Shown here: one piece after another, positions 39,786-55,289 of the stretch
Layout: every line of letters starts with the position of its first letter
Numbering within the stretch: position 1 is the first letter of the stretch
Source: Eledone cirrhosa
Taxonomy: Eukaryota
Length of the DNA stretch: 64,000 nt
Direction: 5' to 3'
NCBI GenBank assembly: GCA_964016885.1
Contig: OZ024740.1
Span: 287,370,001 to 287,434,000 of the forward strand
The notes under the pieces: generated by a model
Database searches by the model: none
Told to the model about the DNA's origin: nothing
The model's input: only the letters and a program-made list of their open reading frames with translations
Position numbers and translations under genes: made by a program

Positions 39786-41024
39786 TCAAGAGCTACGAAA
39801 TTTAGTAGATAAATTACATAATATTCATTCATTATTTATTCAAAGTAATCCAACTTATTTTACTAACTGGATAAAAAAATATAAAATGGACGCTGTCCCA
39901 CACTCCCCCCCCTTTGTTATATTATAGATTGTCTATATTAGTACATACATCTCTCCAGCTTACATCAACCAATACCGTTGATACAGAGCTAAGAGGGCTC
40001 ACTGGATAACGTATTCAACTACATGTTCATAGGTCACAAGTTCAAATCCACTGCAGGCATTTGATTGTGTTTCTGGAACAGAGCACTTTATTCTACATTA
40101 CATCAGTTTACCTAGCACTTCACAAGAGGTACCAGATCATCTGAGAATGTTACATGAGATAGACTAACATACTGGAGGACATTTTCTTCTCTCATCACAA
40201 TTTCTTTCAGAAACAAAACATTATATTCTAGATCATAACAGTTCAGCTAGCTGTCTCATAAATAGGTATCAGGTCATTTAGGAATCCTTCCTGTGATAAG
40301 CCAGCATCCTATCCAGGGTGTAATAGTGTCTCATCACTGTCTTCTATGTATAAGGTAGAATACTTATTCTACATTAAAATAGTTCACCCAGTTGTTATTT
40401 AGGAAAATATTTATCTCTCATCAATGTCTCTGTGTCAGTACACTTTATTCTATCTATCTTACTTCAGCTAACCTTGCTGTCCAGAAGGAATAGTAACTAG
40501 ATGATCTGGGAATCTTCCCTGAGGTAGACAAGCATTCTAGCTAGGGCAACATTTATCTTATCCACTGCATTAAGTAAAACTAGAGCAAAGAACTATTCCC
40601 CATTGGTTGGTAATGTATTTTGAACACAATTAATGTCCAACTATTTTTACAACTTATAAACTTAATCTTTCTAAAAGTTTACATTATAAATCCAATGGAT
40701 CATACTTCTGTCATAACTCTTCAGAGTTTATAGCCCAACTTTGAGTTTCATTGGTTCAGAGCCTAGAGAGCTAAGGAGGGGTCCATGAATACCTGAGATC
40801 CTCCACTCTTGCTTCAAAGGAAATCTCTCAGACCTCTTAAATTTTAAGAGGACTCTTATCAGTCTTGTTCTGCTTTGCAAAACTTCTCCCAGAGACTGTA
40901 CAATCTCACAGTTCTTACACATACCTCAATTAGACTAATCAATGAATAAATAATTTTGTTAATCTTTATATTTTGTACACTATGTTGCTGTCGCTTAGTC
41001 TCAGGTTAGATGTGACCATGCCAT

Positions 41025-41250
41025 CAATGATGTTTATTGTCCAATGTCTCCTTCCTATTTTTAAGACAGTATGGTGTGATTTAAAGAAGATTTAGCTGCC
41101 ATTTTTAGCAGGTTGAGCAACCATATAGAAGCTGTCACTATGCCATAAATGATTTTTCATTGTCTAATGAGTTCTTCCTATTTTTAAGACAATATGGTAT
41201 GGTTTAAAGGAGATTTAGCTTCCATTTTTAGCAGAATATGCAACCATAGA
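41025..41250. repeat. Two tandem diverged copies of a ~110-bp interspersed repeat segment
   Basis: ttcctatttttaagaca.tatggt.tg.tttaaag.agatttagct.ccatttttagcag occurs twice; a reverse relative lies at ~9885-9970. Confidence 0.7.
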
Positions 41251-41269
41251 GAGCTACCTTGATTTATGC

Positions 41270-42728
41270 ATCAAGTGATAGTCACTGAGATGCTGAAGAT
41301 ATCTTGTGTAGTAGGATGTTTGCTAGTCGTCTTGTCAATGAGGTAGTATAGGAAGGTGTCACCCCAATGATGCTCTAGAAAGAAGGGAATATAGAGTCAT
41401 CAAACTGATGGGTCAAGTTATGAAAATACAGTTAATTAGGAAGAGTTATAGCACAACTTAAATGTGAAACAGTTCAAGAGCTGCAGCCCTAATACCATCA
41501 TCCTAGTGAGATAACTACAAGAGAAGTTCTAAACAAAAAGCAAGCCATGACACCTAGAATTTGTTGACCTGGAGAAGGCCTTTAACAGGGTCCCATGTTC
41601 TGTAGTGTAGTGTAGTCTAAGAAATCTAGTTGTGGATGAATTGCTTGTGAGAGTCATACAAGCCATGTACAGAGATGCTGATAGTAAGATGAAAGTTAGC
41701 AACAAGTTCAGTGAGGAATATAATGTGCAGGTATGTGTCCATCAGAGTTTAATCCTCAACTTACATATATATTATTAAAATTTTCCAGGTCATAACGAGC
41801 TGTTTGTGAGAACTTCTGTAGTTTTTTTTAAATATCTAGATCTGTCAAAGAGTTAGAGAAGAAATTCCAAATGTAGAAGCAAAGTCTAGAATTAAAACCT
41901 TTAAGTAAACCTAACAAAAACAAAAGGAAAGATAGGCGTCTACTGCCATCTGAGACATGGTTGCACTCAATATTCAGAAAAGGAGTAGGTAAGAACTCTA
42001 CATGTGTACCCAATATGAACTATAGGTGCACAAGAGATGCAGTAGCAACACAAGCAGGCTTTCAGTGATGAAAAGCTTTGTATGTAGCAGGTGCACAGCA
42101 CTAGTTAGCAGTAAATGCACCCATGAAATAAATTCTTTGAAATGTGTTAAATGCTCACTAGAAGTAGTTAACAGCTTCTGTTACCTAGATGATGTAATTA
42201 ACAAAAGTGGAGGATGTTCTTAAAGCATAGTGACTAGAATAAGATGGAATAACTTCAATGAGCCCTGGTAACACAGAGATTCTTTCTGCTAGTGGAGGGT
42301 AGATTGTTTGACGCTGCTATAGAAAGCTAGATAATGCATGGTAGCAAAACATAAGCATTGAATGTGAAGAATGTGGGAAGGTTGAAAAGAGATGTGGGAA
42401 TACTCTGTTGGCCATGTAATGCTGGTGTGCATGAACGACTGAGCATGAATGAGCTGAAAGAAAAACTGGGTATGAAAGGAATCAGATATAGTGTGTAACT
42501 ATGATGGTATGGACATGTAATGAATGTACATGGAGGATGACAGTTGTGTACAGAAGTGTTATGTAGTCTAAGAGTAAGGACCCTATGGACACAGGATGGA
42601 GTGCTGAAAAAGACAGTTCTGAAGAAGCTGAATCCCAACAAGGCAAGAAACATCATATTTTAAGATGTTGTTCTGTAAAAGATCCAGCCAATCCATGTAA
42701 GCAATGGATGTATGATGACTGATGATGC
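41270..42728 (+). mobile_element. Decayed RTE LINE (RT to 3' tail)
   Basis: FVDLEKAFNRV, HKRCS..FVCSRC, FCYLD, WYGHV motifs with many stops; tail remnant. Confidence 0.88.
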
Positions 42729-42806
42729 AGAAATAACTTCTGCAAAGTGTAACCTTGGCAAAAAGCCTTATATATCATCATCTTCATTTTAGATCCATCC
42801 ATTCTT

Positions 42807-42808
<2 letters not shown>

Positions 42809-42850
<42 letters not shown>

Positions 42851-42855
42851 TCTTC

Positions 42856-42948
<93 letters not shown>
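42809..42948. repeat. (TA)n microsatellite
   Basis: Directly visible. Confidence 0.95.
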
Positions 42949-43309
42949 GGAAGGACTCTTTACATTTTAGAGCTGTATCACTGGCTTTTATGGGATAATC
43001 AGTAGTTGCTAAGGAGTACAATAATAGTAAGATTCCAATTATAAAGGCATAAACCAGACAGCACTAACATCTACCTATGCCATTTACTTCTGGAAAATTC
43101 TGACAGAAAACTGAAATTTATCTTTCCGAAAATGAAGAAATAAACAGAAAAATTCTGGTATTAATATTATCAATAATAGAAATAGCAAGGAGGAGGAGGA
43201 TAGCCACAATAACAATGCCAACAACAACAACAATCTAATGTTTTCTAAATAAGGAGAGAAGTCAATGGAAGCAATATGAAATGAGTAAACCATATCAATT
43301 ATTGATGAA

Positions 43310-44300
<991 letters not shown>

Positions 44301-44832
44301 AGAGGTAGATAGAGGAAGGCAGAGGGAGTCATACATACAGACAGAATAAGCTGAGATAGATTGAAAAAAGATTCTAAAGATATGTTGTTTTGAAAACTTT
44401 CCAAAGCAAAAATATAACAATATAAAAAGAGAGAAAAATATTACGACAAAAAAACTAATAGCTAGCAGTATTACCAACACCAACACCAGCACCACCACCA
44501 GCAGTACCACCACCACCACCACAACCACCACAACAACCACTATCATCATCATTGCTAGTCATTCAGTATGAAGAGGAAAGTGAAGGTAGCTAGAGAAGTC
44601 CTGACCTCCAGTAAATTTTATGAAAAAAGTGGTTGAAGGTGGAGACATTAGTATGCTGGCTCTACCTCCTCAAACTATATTTCTAGACTGACAGTAGGGA
44701 GATGGCATTTGCCTTTGTGTTAATGGAAATTGGGATTGGAAGTTGGGATAGGATACATAGTTGTCTTATGTGGATGCTCCACCTTTCTTAATTCCTTTGG
44801 GATATTACACCATTGTATCTATCTATCTATAT

Positions 44833-45110
44833 ATGGCCCGAGTGAATGGGCCTTCTCTCTATATCAGCCTGTAGGTTGAGGAAAAGGAGGAGGAGAGGAA
44901 AGGAGTACAAACTCTTCGTACTCCTGCAGATGAGGGTTGCACATTTTTTCGGGGGTATGTGTTACCCATATGAACTGTCTCCCCCTATTGGGGAAAATCG
45001 ACTAATTTTTAAATTGCATTTGTGATAATATTTTACACGTTTTTATTGTATCTAAACTTCCCCCTTTGTATTTGTCCCCTTCTTTTGTGCCCCTGTGGCT
45101 AATAAAGAAA
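44833..45110 (+). mobile_element. 3' end of an L1/Tx1-like LINE (copy 1)
   Basis: Highly similar to 62019-62298; ends in AATAAA-gaaa; flanked by TATC/TA repeats. Confidence 0.75.
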
Positions 45111-45484
45111 CCTATCTATATATATATATATATAAGTCTTCATTATAATATTTACATTATTACTCTACTTATAATATTTTGTACAGTGCAGGAATGACTA
45201 TAAGATGCAGCCTCAGGGTTGTCTGAAAGGCCAGTAGCTCCGATTAAGTACTGAATTGGTTTATGATGACCCATCCAACCCTTGCTATCAGGGGAATGGA
45301 CATTACATAATTGTTTCTACTTTTTGACACAAGGCCAGCAATTACCCAGTTCATTTACATAATGATGCTGATTTTTGTAATGAAATATTTGTTATATTTT
45401 TCACTTGTTGTAAACAGCATCCTTCCCTTCTCTGTTTTTGTAATGTTGCTATTTTAATGTCCTTATGGTAAATAAAGCAGTAAC

Positions 45485-45655
45485 ACTACTATTATTATTC
45501 ACAATTTTTACTACCACCACTACCGCTGCCACTACTATCATCATCATCATCATCATCATCAACATTACTATTATTGTTGTTGCTATTATTATTACTATTA
45601 TTTAACTATTATTACCTTTACTATTATTATTCTTGCTATTATTATCCTCATCATG
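45485..45655. repeat. Compound trinucleotide low-complexity tract (ATT/CAT/CTA)
   Basis: Directly visible. Confidence 0.85.
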
Positions 45656-47882
45656 TGTGTTTTAGTTACAGACGTCTTTGTTTGCAGTCAATCTGACACT
45701 GCTAATACAGCACACAACTAACTGCGCCAGGCATCTCCTGACAAGCAACCAGTCCAAGCCAGTAGCTCACTAAATGTCACAGCACACCCTTGCTCCAACT
45801 CCTGCCCTCCAACCTCAAGCCAGACAAGTTTCAGATGTCAAATATTAGATTCTTTCACAGTTCTTTGATTTAACAATATACGGAAGAAGTGGGTGGACTA
45901 TATATTTAGATGTTGCTCTAAAATGGTAATTTATTCTCAGATATCATTATTATCATCATGATGTCATCATCACTAACTATGAAACGTTGTAGGTAATTCC
46001 TAGTATTTTTTGTCTACTACATGTGTGGGTGGTGTGTGTGTGTGTGTGAGTGTGTGTGTGTGAGTGTGTGTGGTATGTTTATGTTGTTGATTGTGATGAT
46101 TGGTTGTATTTGATTTTTTTTTTTAACAGTAAGACGCAAAATAGTACATTTAGTAGGTGCCACATTTAGTCTATTTAGATTTCTGCAATTGGCGTAAACA
46201 AAAATACTAGGACACACCTACAATATATATACAACAGTCAAAGTACACAGAATATTCAGTAAAGAAAAATGTAAAATGCATAAACAATTTTACAGTACTT
46301 ACGACACCACATCTGGCTAAAACAAATAAATAACATCAGTATACAAATATATTTAAATCATTATGGATTGTGTCAGTCAAGCCTGACCCCCTAAGTCTTT
46401 CAAAAACACACAACATACTAAACAAACAAAAGAATATCCCTATGCCTCATCACAACAAAAATACTCAAAACGAAATATATCAGAAAAATAAGAGGCATAG
46501 CTTGTTCCAGCAGCAAACTCCAGTCAATATATTCCTTACCATTATATATGATTAACTCCATAATCCAGATATATCTACAAGACTCCAGAATATCACAAAA
46601 AACATAATTTTAAGATAGTTCCATCCACTTATTCAAGACAAACAAAACACACACACATATTCAATAGCCCTACATACTGTGATGACAAGTAGATCAGCAC
46701 CTGTCACACATACTGATTGAGTTAGCCTTGCCTTCCATCACTGTGGTTAGCATCAGAAGATTCTGGCACCTAGAAACAGACTGGATAATAGTAAAAATGC
46801 AACATGCTCAGAATGCAATATTTCTTTCATAGAGTAATTACAACATATCAGAGATAGAATGCACAGTATGACTAGGTAAAAGCATAGTAAATTAAGAGCA
46901 ATGGCTTTGGCTGGCACTAAACAACTCTGAATATGCAGACAGGTATATTGTAGTTTCAGTTGCAAAGCTCTGGGATTCAAGAAGTCATAATTAAGTTGAA
47001 ATTGTAAGGGTCAATGTCATTTTCAGATAGCCAAAATGAAATTGATCTCTTTGGGATATCATCTACAAACCACTGGATTTGCTTGTTAACTATATTCTCA
47101 GCTATGAGCCTAGTTTTAATGGATCTTCCATGTTGACCTTTCTGGTCTGAGTAAATGTTAGCAATACAAAACTAAAAAAGCCCATCACACTCCTTACAAT
47201 TTCAGATGACCTTTCATGACAATCACACATGCAGTAAAGATTTCATCACAAAGGCTATTGTATTCTATTCAGGACAGTATTGAACAGCTATTGTTTGACC
47301 TACACTATAGGACTTCTACACATCAAGGATGGTAGTGATCCTACCACCACCACCACCACCACCACCACCATATACGTGTACACATCCTGGACAACAGCCC
47401 CTACTCTAAGATAATTCACTTTCTAAGTTTCAAACTGAATAACTGTAAAATAGTATTAAATTCCTACAGCTCTCTCAATGCCCCAATTCACGAGGAATGG
47501 ATATGCTATACACACAGCCCCACTCCCATACATACATAGGTTAAGATATAGTTAATGATTATTAAAAAGCCATAGCACACTCCTGAACATAGTGAAGGTT
47601 TCCAATGTTTTATGATTAAATATATTTTCACTTGCATAGCTGTCTAATTATCATGTGGATGGCATTCCACACTGAAATATTGTATTTATGATGTGTGTAT
47701 GTATGTATATATGTATGTGTATATATATATATATATATGCTAGCGTGGAAGATGGATGTTAAACGATGATGATATATATATATATATATATACACATACA
47801 TATACACATGGAGTGATTCATTAGTTTCCAGTAACAAAATAAATACTACTACATGCACTGAGTATGCTTTCTCCTCTCTGTG

Positions 47883-47940
<58 letters not shown>

Positions 47941-47942
<2 letters not shown>

Positions 47943-48046
47943 CGAGGTGGTATCAAAAGGTTCCTGGACTAGTTATGTTTAAAAAACCCGAATATATTTA
48001 CCTAAGTTTTAACATCATCTCCTTCAAAATAGTCACCTTGACAACA
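47941..48046. mobile_element. Mariner-type terminal fragment
   Basis: TA-cgaggtggtatcaaaaggttcctggact resembles mariner TIRs; follows a (TG)n tract; no partner TIR seen. Confidence 0.5.
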
Positions 48047-48049
48047 TAA

Positions 48050-49105
48050 GGTTTCTCCCTGTGTACAAAAGATGACTGTATGATACCTGTGTGTGAAGTG
48101 TGATGGTAGTGAAACATGGGCAGTGACTGCAGAGGAGATGTGTAGGATGGAGGGAAATGAAGCAACCATGCTTCATTGGATGTGCTATGTCAATGTGAGA
48201 GAAAGGCAGAGTTTGGATGAACTGAGAGAGAAACTGAGGTTAAGAGGAATCTGAAGTGGTGTGCAGGAGAGAAGACTGTTGGTAAGGACATGTGATGTGC
48301 ATTGATGATGGTTGTTGGGGGGAGGCAGAAAGCAAGAAGTTTGTGCATGTTTTGTGCCATGGGGATAAGGATGAGGTGTTCAGGATCTCAATGCAGAGTG
48401 TGAGGGAAAATCAAGATGCAGAGAAATGTCTCTGAACTGACAGTAGCTTACTTGCCCTCACTGATGCTGAGTAGAAAGAAACATAGAAGTGCTATCATAA
48501 CAGACTTTTAAATTAGGAGAATGCATGGGAGGAAGATGGCTTGCCTCAAACGGACCTGGCAGAGGGACCAGCCATCCAAGTAAGCTGCAGTGTAGTAAGG
48601 CAATCAAGGATATGAAGACAGACAAAGCAGCAGGTCCATCAGGGATAGTAGCTGAGATGCTGAAAGTATCTGGTTGGGTGGAGCACTCACTAACTGCATG
48701 CATAGTAAATCAAGTAATACAGGACAGTGTCATACCTGACTGGTGTGGCAACACCATCATCAACTGCTACAAGTGCAAAGGAGATGCACTGGACAGCAGA
48801 AAGTTAATTGACCAGGTCTTGAAAGTGACTGAAAGAGTTATTGCACAGCTAATTAAGGATAGCATTAACATAGACAGGGTGCAATTTGGTTTTATGCCTG
48901 GTAGAAAAACCATCGGACCTCTTCCTTGTGAGACAGCTGTGGGAGAAGTACCTAGCTAAGAGTATGCCTCTTGACCTAGCATTTGTTGACCTTGAAAAAG
49001 CTTTTGACAGGGTTCCTTATGTCATAAACTTGTGGACTCTTAGGAAACTAAGGGTAAAGAAATGGCTTGTAAAGGTGGTACAAGGTATATACAGAGGTGC
49101 AGTCA
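48050..49105 (+). mobile_element. Two rearranged RTE fragments (C-terminal part followed by RT N-terminal part)
   Basis: GSETW..EGNEATML at 48100-48300; KAAGPSGIVAEML, QFGFMPG, FVDLEKAFDRV at 48600-49050. Confidence 0.87.
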
Positions 49106-49328
49106 GTATACCCATCAAATACATGTTTCCTTGTGGTTGATTCGATGATATACACATCTTCTGATGAGGGTTCAATAAAATCCCCAAAAGATGTTTATCA
49201 TTTTTTCAATATGTGTATATATTTATACATGTTAGTGCAGTTTTGGTTACACACTCTGTATTTATACAGATATAACTTTATCATATATATATACACTTAT
49301 ACTGAATGCCATTTACTATAATAATAGA

Positions 49329-49518
49329 TAATTGTTTCTACTTCTGGCACAAGGCCAGCTATTACCCCAGCACATTACTGATACTTTATTTTATCGACCC
49401 CTTAAGGATGAAAGGCAAAGTTAACCTCAACGGGATTTGAACTCAGACCGTAAAGGGACGTAACTATGCTGGAAAGCATGGTGTCCAACCCTCTACCAAT
49501 ACTGCCAATCCATCGCCT
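49329..49518 (-). mobile_element. Full-length SINE family 1
   Basis: Matches 1445-1632; tagataat on both sides is a candidate TSD. Confidence 0.9.
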
Positions 49519-50559
49519 AGATAATGTTATGAAATGGTTATTGTTATAAAAATGAGTCAGTCATAAGCACTTTATTTTAAAAGAAACTCAAAATTATCCA
49601 TTTATTAGAATCAAAGTTCCGGATATTGTCATGATAATGTTCACATAAACCTTATTTGCTCATTTTAAGATGCCATACTACTTTTATATCATCAGTCTTC
49701 TTTAAGATCAGAAGTGAGTGTGGGATGGAACATCAGTTATGGTTCTGTTTTTCTTGTGGAGTTTGTGAGAGAGCCCAAACATCGATATTGAGATTTTTCA
49801 AATTTATTTATATTATGTTTGCAAATGAATTGAAATGACTTTAAGCAATTATTAAAACATCCGTTATCACCATCATGATAAAAGTAAATAATAAACATAA
49901 AGATTTGTCTCCACAAAAATAACTGAATATGCTGGAGTACTATAAGTTGCTCAAAATAAGTCAACACAGTTGTGCTGTTCATTTAAACATTTCAGACAGA
50001 ATTCATCATCATCATTGTTTTTATGTCTGGTTTTCTAGACGTTTTGTGACAGCATTGTTTAGCTGGCTACCCTTCTTGACGCCAACCTTTACTTATTTTT
50101 AAGAACAATATTGATCTTTGTTCTTCAAACCACTGAGCTGCAGGATATATTGTTTATGTGGGACATAAACAAATGTCACTGCATGTGCCAACACTGCCAA
50201 ATGTGAAGCAATGAGATCGGCTTCTGTATATTCTGCCATTTAAATTCACCCACAAGGCATTGCTCAGCCCAAGACTATAGAATAAGAAGCTTGCCTGAGG
50301 TTGCTCCACAGTGAGATAAAACGCAAAACCACAAGGTTGTGTAACAAACTTCTTAACCACACAGCCATGCCTGTGCCGATTGTGTAAGTTAAAAAGAAAA
50401 AACAAAAAAAAACAACACAAAACAGATCTGACTACAGCAAAATAGTCAAACTGAATCAGCATTGAAAATTTGGTTTAGCAAAGTTTGTGCAAAGAATGCT
50501 TGAATTAATGAACTACTGAAGCATAAAAAAAACAGAAGAGCTTGCAAAACAAATATGTA

Positions 50560-50912
50560 AAGAAAATTTCACATCAGGCAGAAAAAGCAAGAGAATATTG
50601 TGTACTCATATTCATGGTAAGGAAAAAAAGTGTGGATATGTTATCAGTTCAAGTGTGGATTGAGACAGAGTAGCCAAAAGTTGTTGCTGAATAGTCTTCT
50701 GGGAACATTTATAATACAAACAAAACAGGGCTTTATTTTCCTGCATATCTATTTGTTTAAAAATTAAAATGATAAAGGATTTAAATCTTCAAAAGAACAA
50801 GTGACTGTTCTCTGTTGCACTAAGAGACAGAACTGAGGACCTCTAGTGATTGGAAAAGTAAAAATCCTTGAGGTTTTAAAGGGGTTAAAAGTTTACCTGT
50901 TCATTACTGTTC
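50560..50912 (+). mobile_element. pogo/Tigger transposase relic (DDE_1 region)
   Basis: NIYNTNKTGLYF, SKEQVTVLCC, PLVIGK(S)KNP*GFKGVKSLPVHY motifs across frameshifts. Confidence 0.75.
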
Positions 50913-51364
50913 TATTTTAAAACTATCCAGCATAATTTTATGTAAGAATCTTTAAGTTAGGTACCAAACATTAACTTAATAATAAGAAAATTACATTACT
51001 CAATCCCTCCAAATTCTTCATTATTTTCAAAATTATTTGAAAGTCATAGGCTGTGTCTTTCAGAAAAAATATGATAATGAAAAGGTTAAACTTTTAAAAA
51101 GTTAATAAATGCATGAATTTAACAAAAATGAAGGCAATACCTTCTTGAAGAACTTAGGCAGAAAGCAGTTTAAATAACAACAGTAAATAGGGAAATATGG
51201 TAAAAAATTGTTGGTACCAGAATACCAGGCCAGTGGATTCAAAGAAAGGTAGTTTTTTTAAACAAACCCAGATACTCCTGATAGAAAACACGCACAGAAA
51301 CTAAATTAATGAGTATACTGCTATGCCAATCATTGGGTATGACTATGCCTTGCATTACCTGATT

Positions 51365-52760
51365 TACTATGTGAGTAACTAGCTTGATTTCTACTTCACC
51401 AGATGATTTCTGCATCTCAACACCATCACTGATGGTCCAGCAGCTTTTCTATTTTTCATATCCTTGGTTGTTTCTTTAACCCTATAACTAACAGCTTCAA
51501 TAGGTGATTGAGTCTAGTGGGGGATAATCTCTTTTCTTTTCACTCTTTCTCCACATTTATCAGCTACTTCAAGGCCTCTTTCTTTCGAGCATCAGTGAGA
51601 CTAAGTGCACTGGTGTCATTCCAAACACATTTTTACTCAATGACATCCTGATACATATTGGCACACACCTTTGAAATACAGAATACCTCATGCCTTTAAT
51701 CCTGGTGTCACAGTACATTGGCAAATCTCCTCCTTTCAGCTTCTCTACATGCTATGTAAACCCATCATCTTGCTTCTCTTTTAACTACTTGATATTATTC
51801 TTTGTTGCTCCCATTTTATTAGACTTTCCATGCCTCTTTCAGCTTTAATGGCTCTAGTTACACTGCTATTCCACTCCTAGAATACATTTCATCTGGCTGG
51901 CACCTAGGTCCTGTTACATGTTTTGACTGTAGCCTGCAGCAAATTGTCACATAGAATTTTCCTATTACCTCTATGTCATATGTATCCTCCTCCTTCTTAT
52001 ACACATTGTGTAAAGCTTTTCTGAATCTATATTTAACAGGGAGGTCCTTTGATTTCCATACCCTCTTCCTGAATGTCTTGTGTTTCTGGTTCTCTCTGAT
52101 TCTTATTCTGATATCAAGAATTACTAGTTTATGTTTAGTGGGGTGTATTCATTTCCAGGAAAAGACTTAGCATTCATAACCATTTGTCTTTCTAATGAGC
52201 ATGAGATCAATCTGGTTTGTGTATTCATTTGACTGGTAGGCAATAAGGTAACTGACTGTTTCCTGAAGATAGTGTTGCAAATAGTTAGAGGAGCCTTGAC
52301 CCCTCTTCGTTTCTCATGGCATACCCATAGCCACCATCCATTCCTAAGTAACAAACCACCCTGGTGCTGCTAAACATATTCCTTGAAGTTGCTGTCATCT
52401 GTTACCGAAATTGTCTATAAGAGATCCTCATAGAAATGGCACTTCTTTACCTAGTCCTGGTTGTGGTACATAAGTAGCAAAATCTCTTGTCTTTAACTAT
52501 CCTGAACTTGATAATTCTATCATTTACACTACCTCAATTACCATATCTTTTCACTTCTCAGTTAATATAATGCCCGCTCCACCTAACCAAACACCAGTTC
52601 CTACTCCAAAAAGCTTATAACTGTGCTCCTTGCCTGTGATGTGTCTGGCTGATGCTTTCCTCTATTTCACCTCTTGTATGCTGCACACATCCACTCATCT
52701 TCTCTCAGGCATCTCCACTGATCTACCACTCGGCATGCCAACATTATGCGGCAACCTTGA
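51365..52760 (-). mobile_element. Decayed RTE LINE 5' part (APE endonuclease to linker)
   Basis: Minus strand QEVK*R, GFGVGTG, TYVPQPGL, GGYGY, QIDLML, KAAGPSVMVLRC motifs. Confidence 0.78.
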
Positions 52761-54189
52761 AATGTGTTACATTACAGATACAAGAAGCTTCTTGTATCTG
52801 AAAGTGAATGTATGATTGCTTGATGATGATCTTTGGGTTCTCACACAAGGCAATATTAGCCAGTCCACTACATTGCACACCACTGACATGATTAGTGTTA
52901 ACCCTGTATATGCCATTGGAATCTATACACTGAATTGAGCTGGTTATATTGGCATGGTTTTTGGCTAGATGCCTTCCTTATTTCCAACCATCTTACAGCA
53001 TGGACTGGGAACATTTTATCATGCCACCAGCACTAGAAAGGTTGACTACCAAAACCTAAGTGCCCACTCTATCCTGTATCAGTTTTTATTCAGAGTGATT
53101 GCTCTCCTAGGTGGTCAAACAAAATCATAATGGATTGGATGTTCTGATGAAACTTTTACAATTTCCTCACTGTCTATCAGTGTTGGATGTTGTAGTTCAC
53201 CCCCTGTGGGTGAGATCACAAAATTAGAATCTCAGTTATTTAATAAATAGGAATTTCAACAGAAGATTCCACATAACCATCTATAGCAAGTACACCAGCA
53301 ATAGAGATATTCAATGTTAAAATATTTTGTTGTTGTTATTTTGTTATTATCATTTGTATTGCCAGGAGTTTGTACAATGGAGTAATGGACTCACCATATC
53401 TCATGAGATGCAGAAGGAAATGTTTTTAATAGGAAGCCATTTCCAAGAGAGTTGCCAACATGTAATAGAGTGAGTGATTATAAAACAAAAAGAACATCAA
53501 TGTTATTAACCAAATTACGAGGCAAATGGAAAGAATAACAACAAAAGCAGTAGTAACAGTAGTAATGATAATAATAATGGCGATGATGATGGTAATAATA
53601 ATGGTGATGATGGTGATAATAATAATAATAAAATCTAGGATAAAATTGTCTATAGTAATAATAGCGAAAACTTAGCCAATGGAATTTCATATCAATAACA
53701 AACAAATGTCATGACAATGATGACCATCAACATAAATAGTGATGTTAACTGGAGAAATAGCAGCAGAGTAGAGTTCTGTTATTGAATCACAGCCAATGAA
53801 GGATGAGAGAGAATAGATCTGAGGAAGAGGAGGAAGGGTTTCAACCAACTCTATTGTGCTGGCAAGATTTATACGACGAGATGAGAATAAGACTATGAAA
53901 AACTAACCAAAGTTGATTGATGTAGAAAACTACTGTGTTAATGTAGAACATTATTACTAAAGATAAGCACAAAAATAAATATGGAAAAATACGGAAAAAA
54001 TATAGGGAAAATATGGCAAATACCACACTAAACATTAAAAGATAGAGCATACATTATAGATATATTGTGACAAAAATTGTCGTTGATTGACAATCAGCAG
54101 CAAGTATAAGCTGCGACAAAAGACAGCTGTAGAGTTTGTGTTAAACATACAGCATTGGATGGCAGATATGTGTGTGTATATATATCATT

Positions 54190-55220
54190 GTCATCCTCTT
54201 CACTGTTTAACATCCATTTTTCCACACTAGCATGGGTTAGACAGGGTGTCCTGTTTGGGGCCAGTTGGATCAGGTGACCATGTCTTGCTCACACAGAACT
54301 GTTTCTGACTTGGTTTCTATGACTGGATGCCCTTCCTAATGCCAACCACATTTACAGTGTGGGCTGAATGCTTTTTGTCATGACACCTACACAACCACTT
54401 TACAGTGTGGGCTGGGTGCTTTTTGTCGTGACACCTACATGACCACTTTACAGTGTGGGCTGGGTGCTTTTTGTCGTGACACCTACATGACCACTTTACA
54501 GTGTGGGCTGGGTGCTTTTTGTCGTGACACCTACATGACCACTTTACAGTATGGGCTGGGTGCTTTTTGTCGTGACACCTACACGACCACTTTACAGTGT
54601 AGGCTAGAGGCTTCACTGGATGTATGCTACAGCCTGTTCTCATGAGAGATGTAAGGGAGAGTGGGGTTAAGGTGGTGCATACTATATATATGTATGCTTC
54701 AGCTTCAGCCTGAGCCCATGAGTCTTCTGTATTACTGCACAACACCAGAGATCCTGGTCCTGTGACATGGTCTTTGAGAGGTGCAGTTGAATAAGGTCAG
54801 CTTTTATCACCTCATACCAAGTCTTCCTGAGTTTCCCCACTTCAAGGCTTCCATCGACTTTGAACTGTCATCCTTCATATGCATCACATGTCCATACCAA
54901 CACAGTCTCCTCTCCTGTACACTGCATCCAATTTCTCTTATGCCTAGTTTCTCTCTCAGTTTGTTTATGCTTTGCCATTCCTGTATATTACTATTACACA
55001 TCCAACAGAGCATACAAGCTTCATTTCTTTCCAATTTGCAAGTTTTCTGCACACAGTGCCCAGGTCTCACTACCACGCAACATTGCTGTTCATATGCATG
55101 CATCATACAGTCTGTCTTGCATTTTGAGGGAAAAACCTTTTGTAGCTAGCAGTGGTAGTAGCTTTCTGAACTTCTTCCATTCCGTTCTCACTCTGGCTCC
55201 TGTACTTTCAGAACACCCAC
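54190..55220 (-). mobile_element. RTE LINE 3' fragment with expanded 48-bp tandem repeat in its 3' UTR
   Basis: GCSESTGARVRTEWKKFRKLLPLLATKGFSL, ERRLCWYGHV; five units of ttacagtgtgggctgggtgctttttgtcgtgacacctacatgaccact at ~54352-54600. Confidence 0.92.
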
Positions 55221-55289
55221 ATTGTATAGTACAAAAATATTCAATGGGTGTGGCATACAGTGGCTTGTTCTCTGCTTCCAACCGTGTTG

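Noticed and set aside
40728-40922. Possible host exon (64-aa ORF)
   Set aside because: No recognisable protein motif and no convincing acceptor site
45680-47200. Unique-looking sequence as host exons or a Penelope ORF
   Set aside because: Stops in the frames examined and no motif I can recognise; would need a tblastx search
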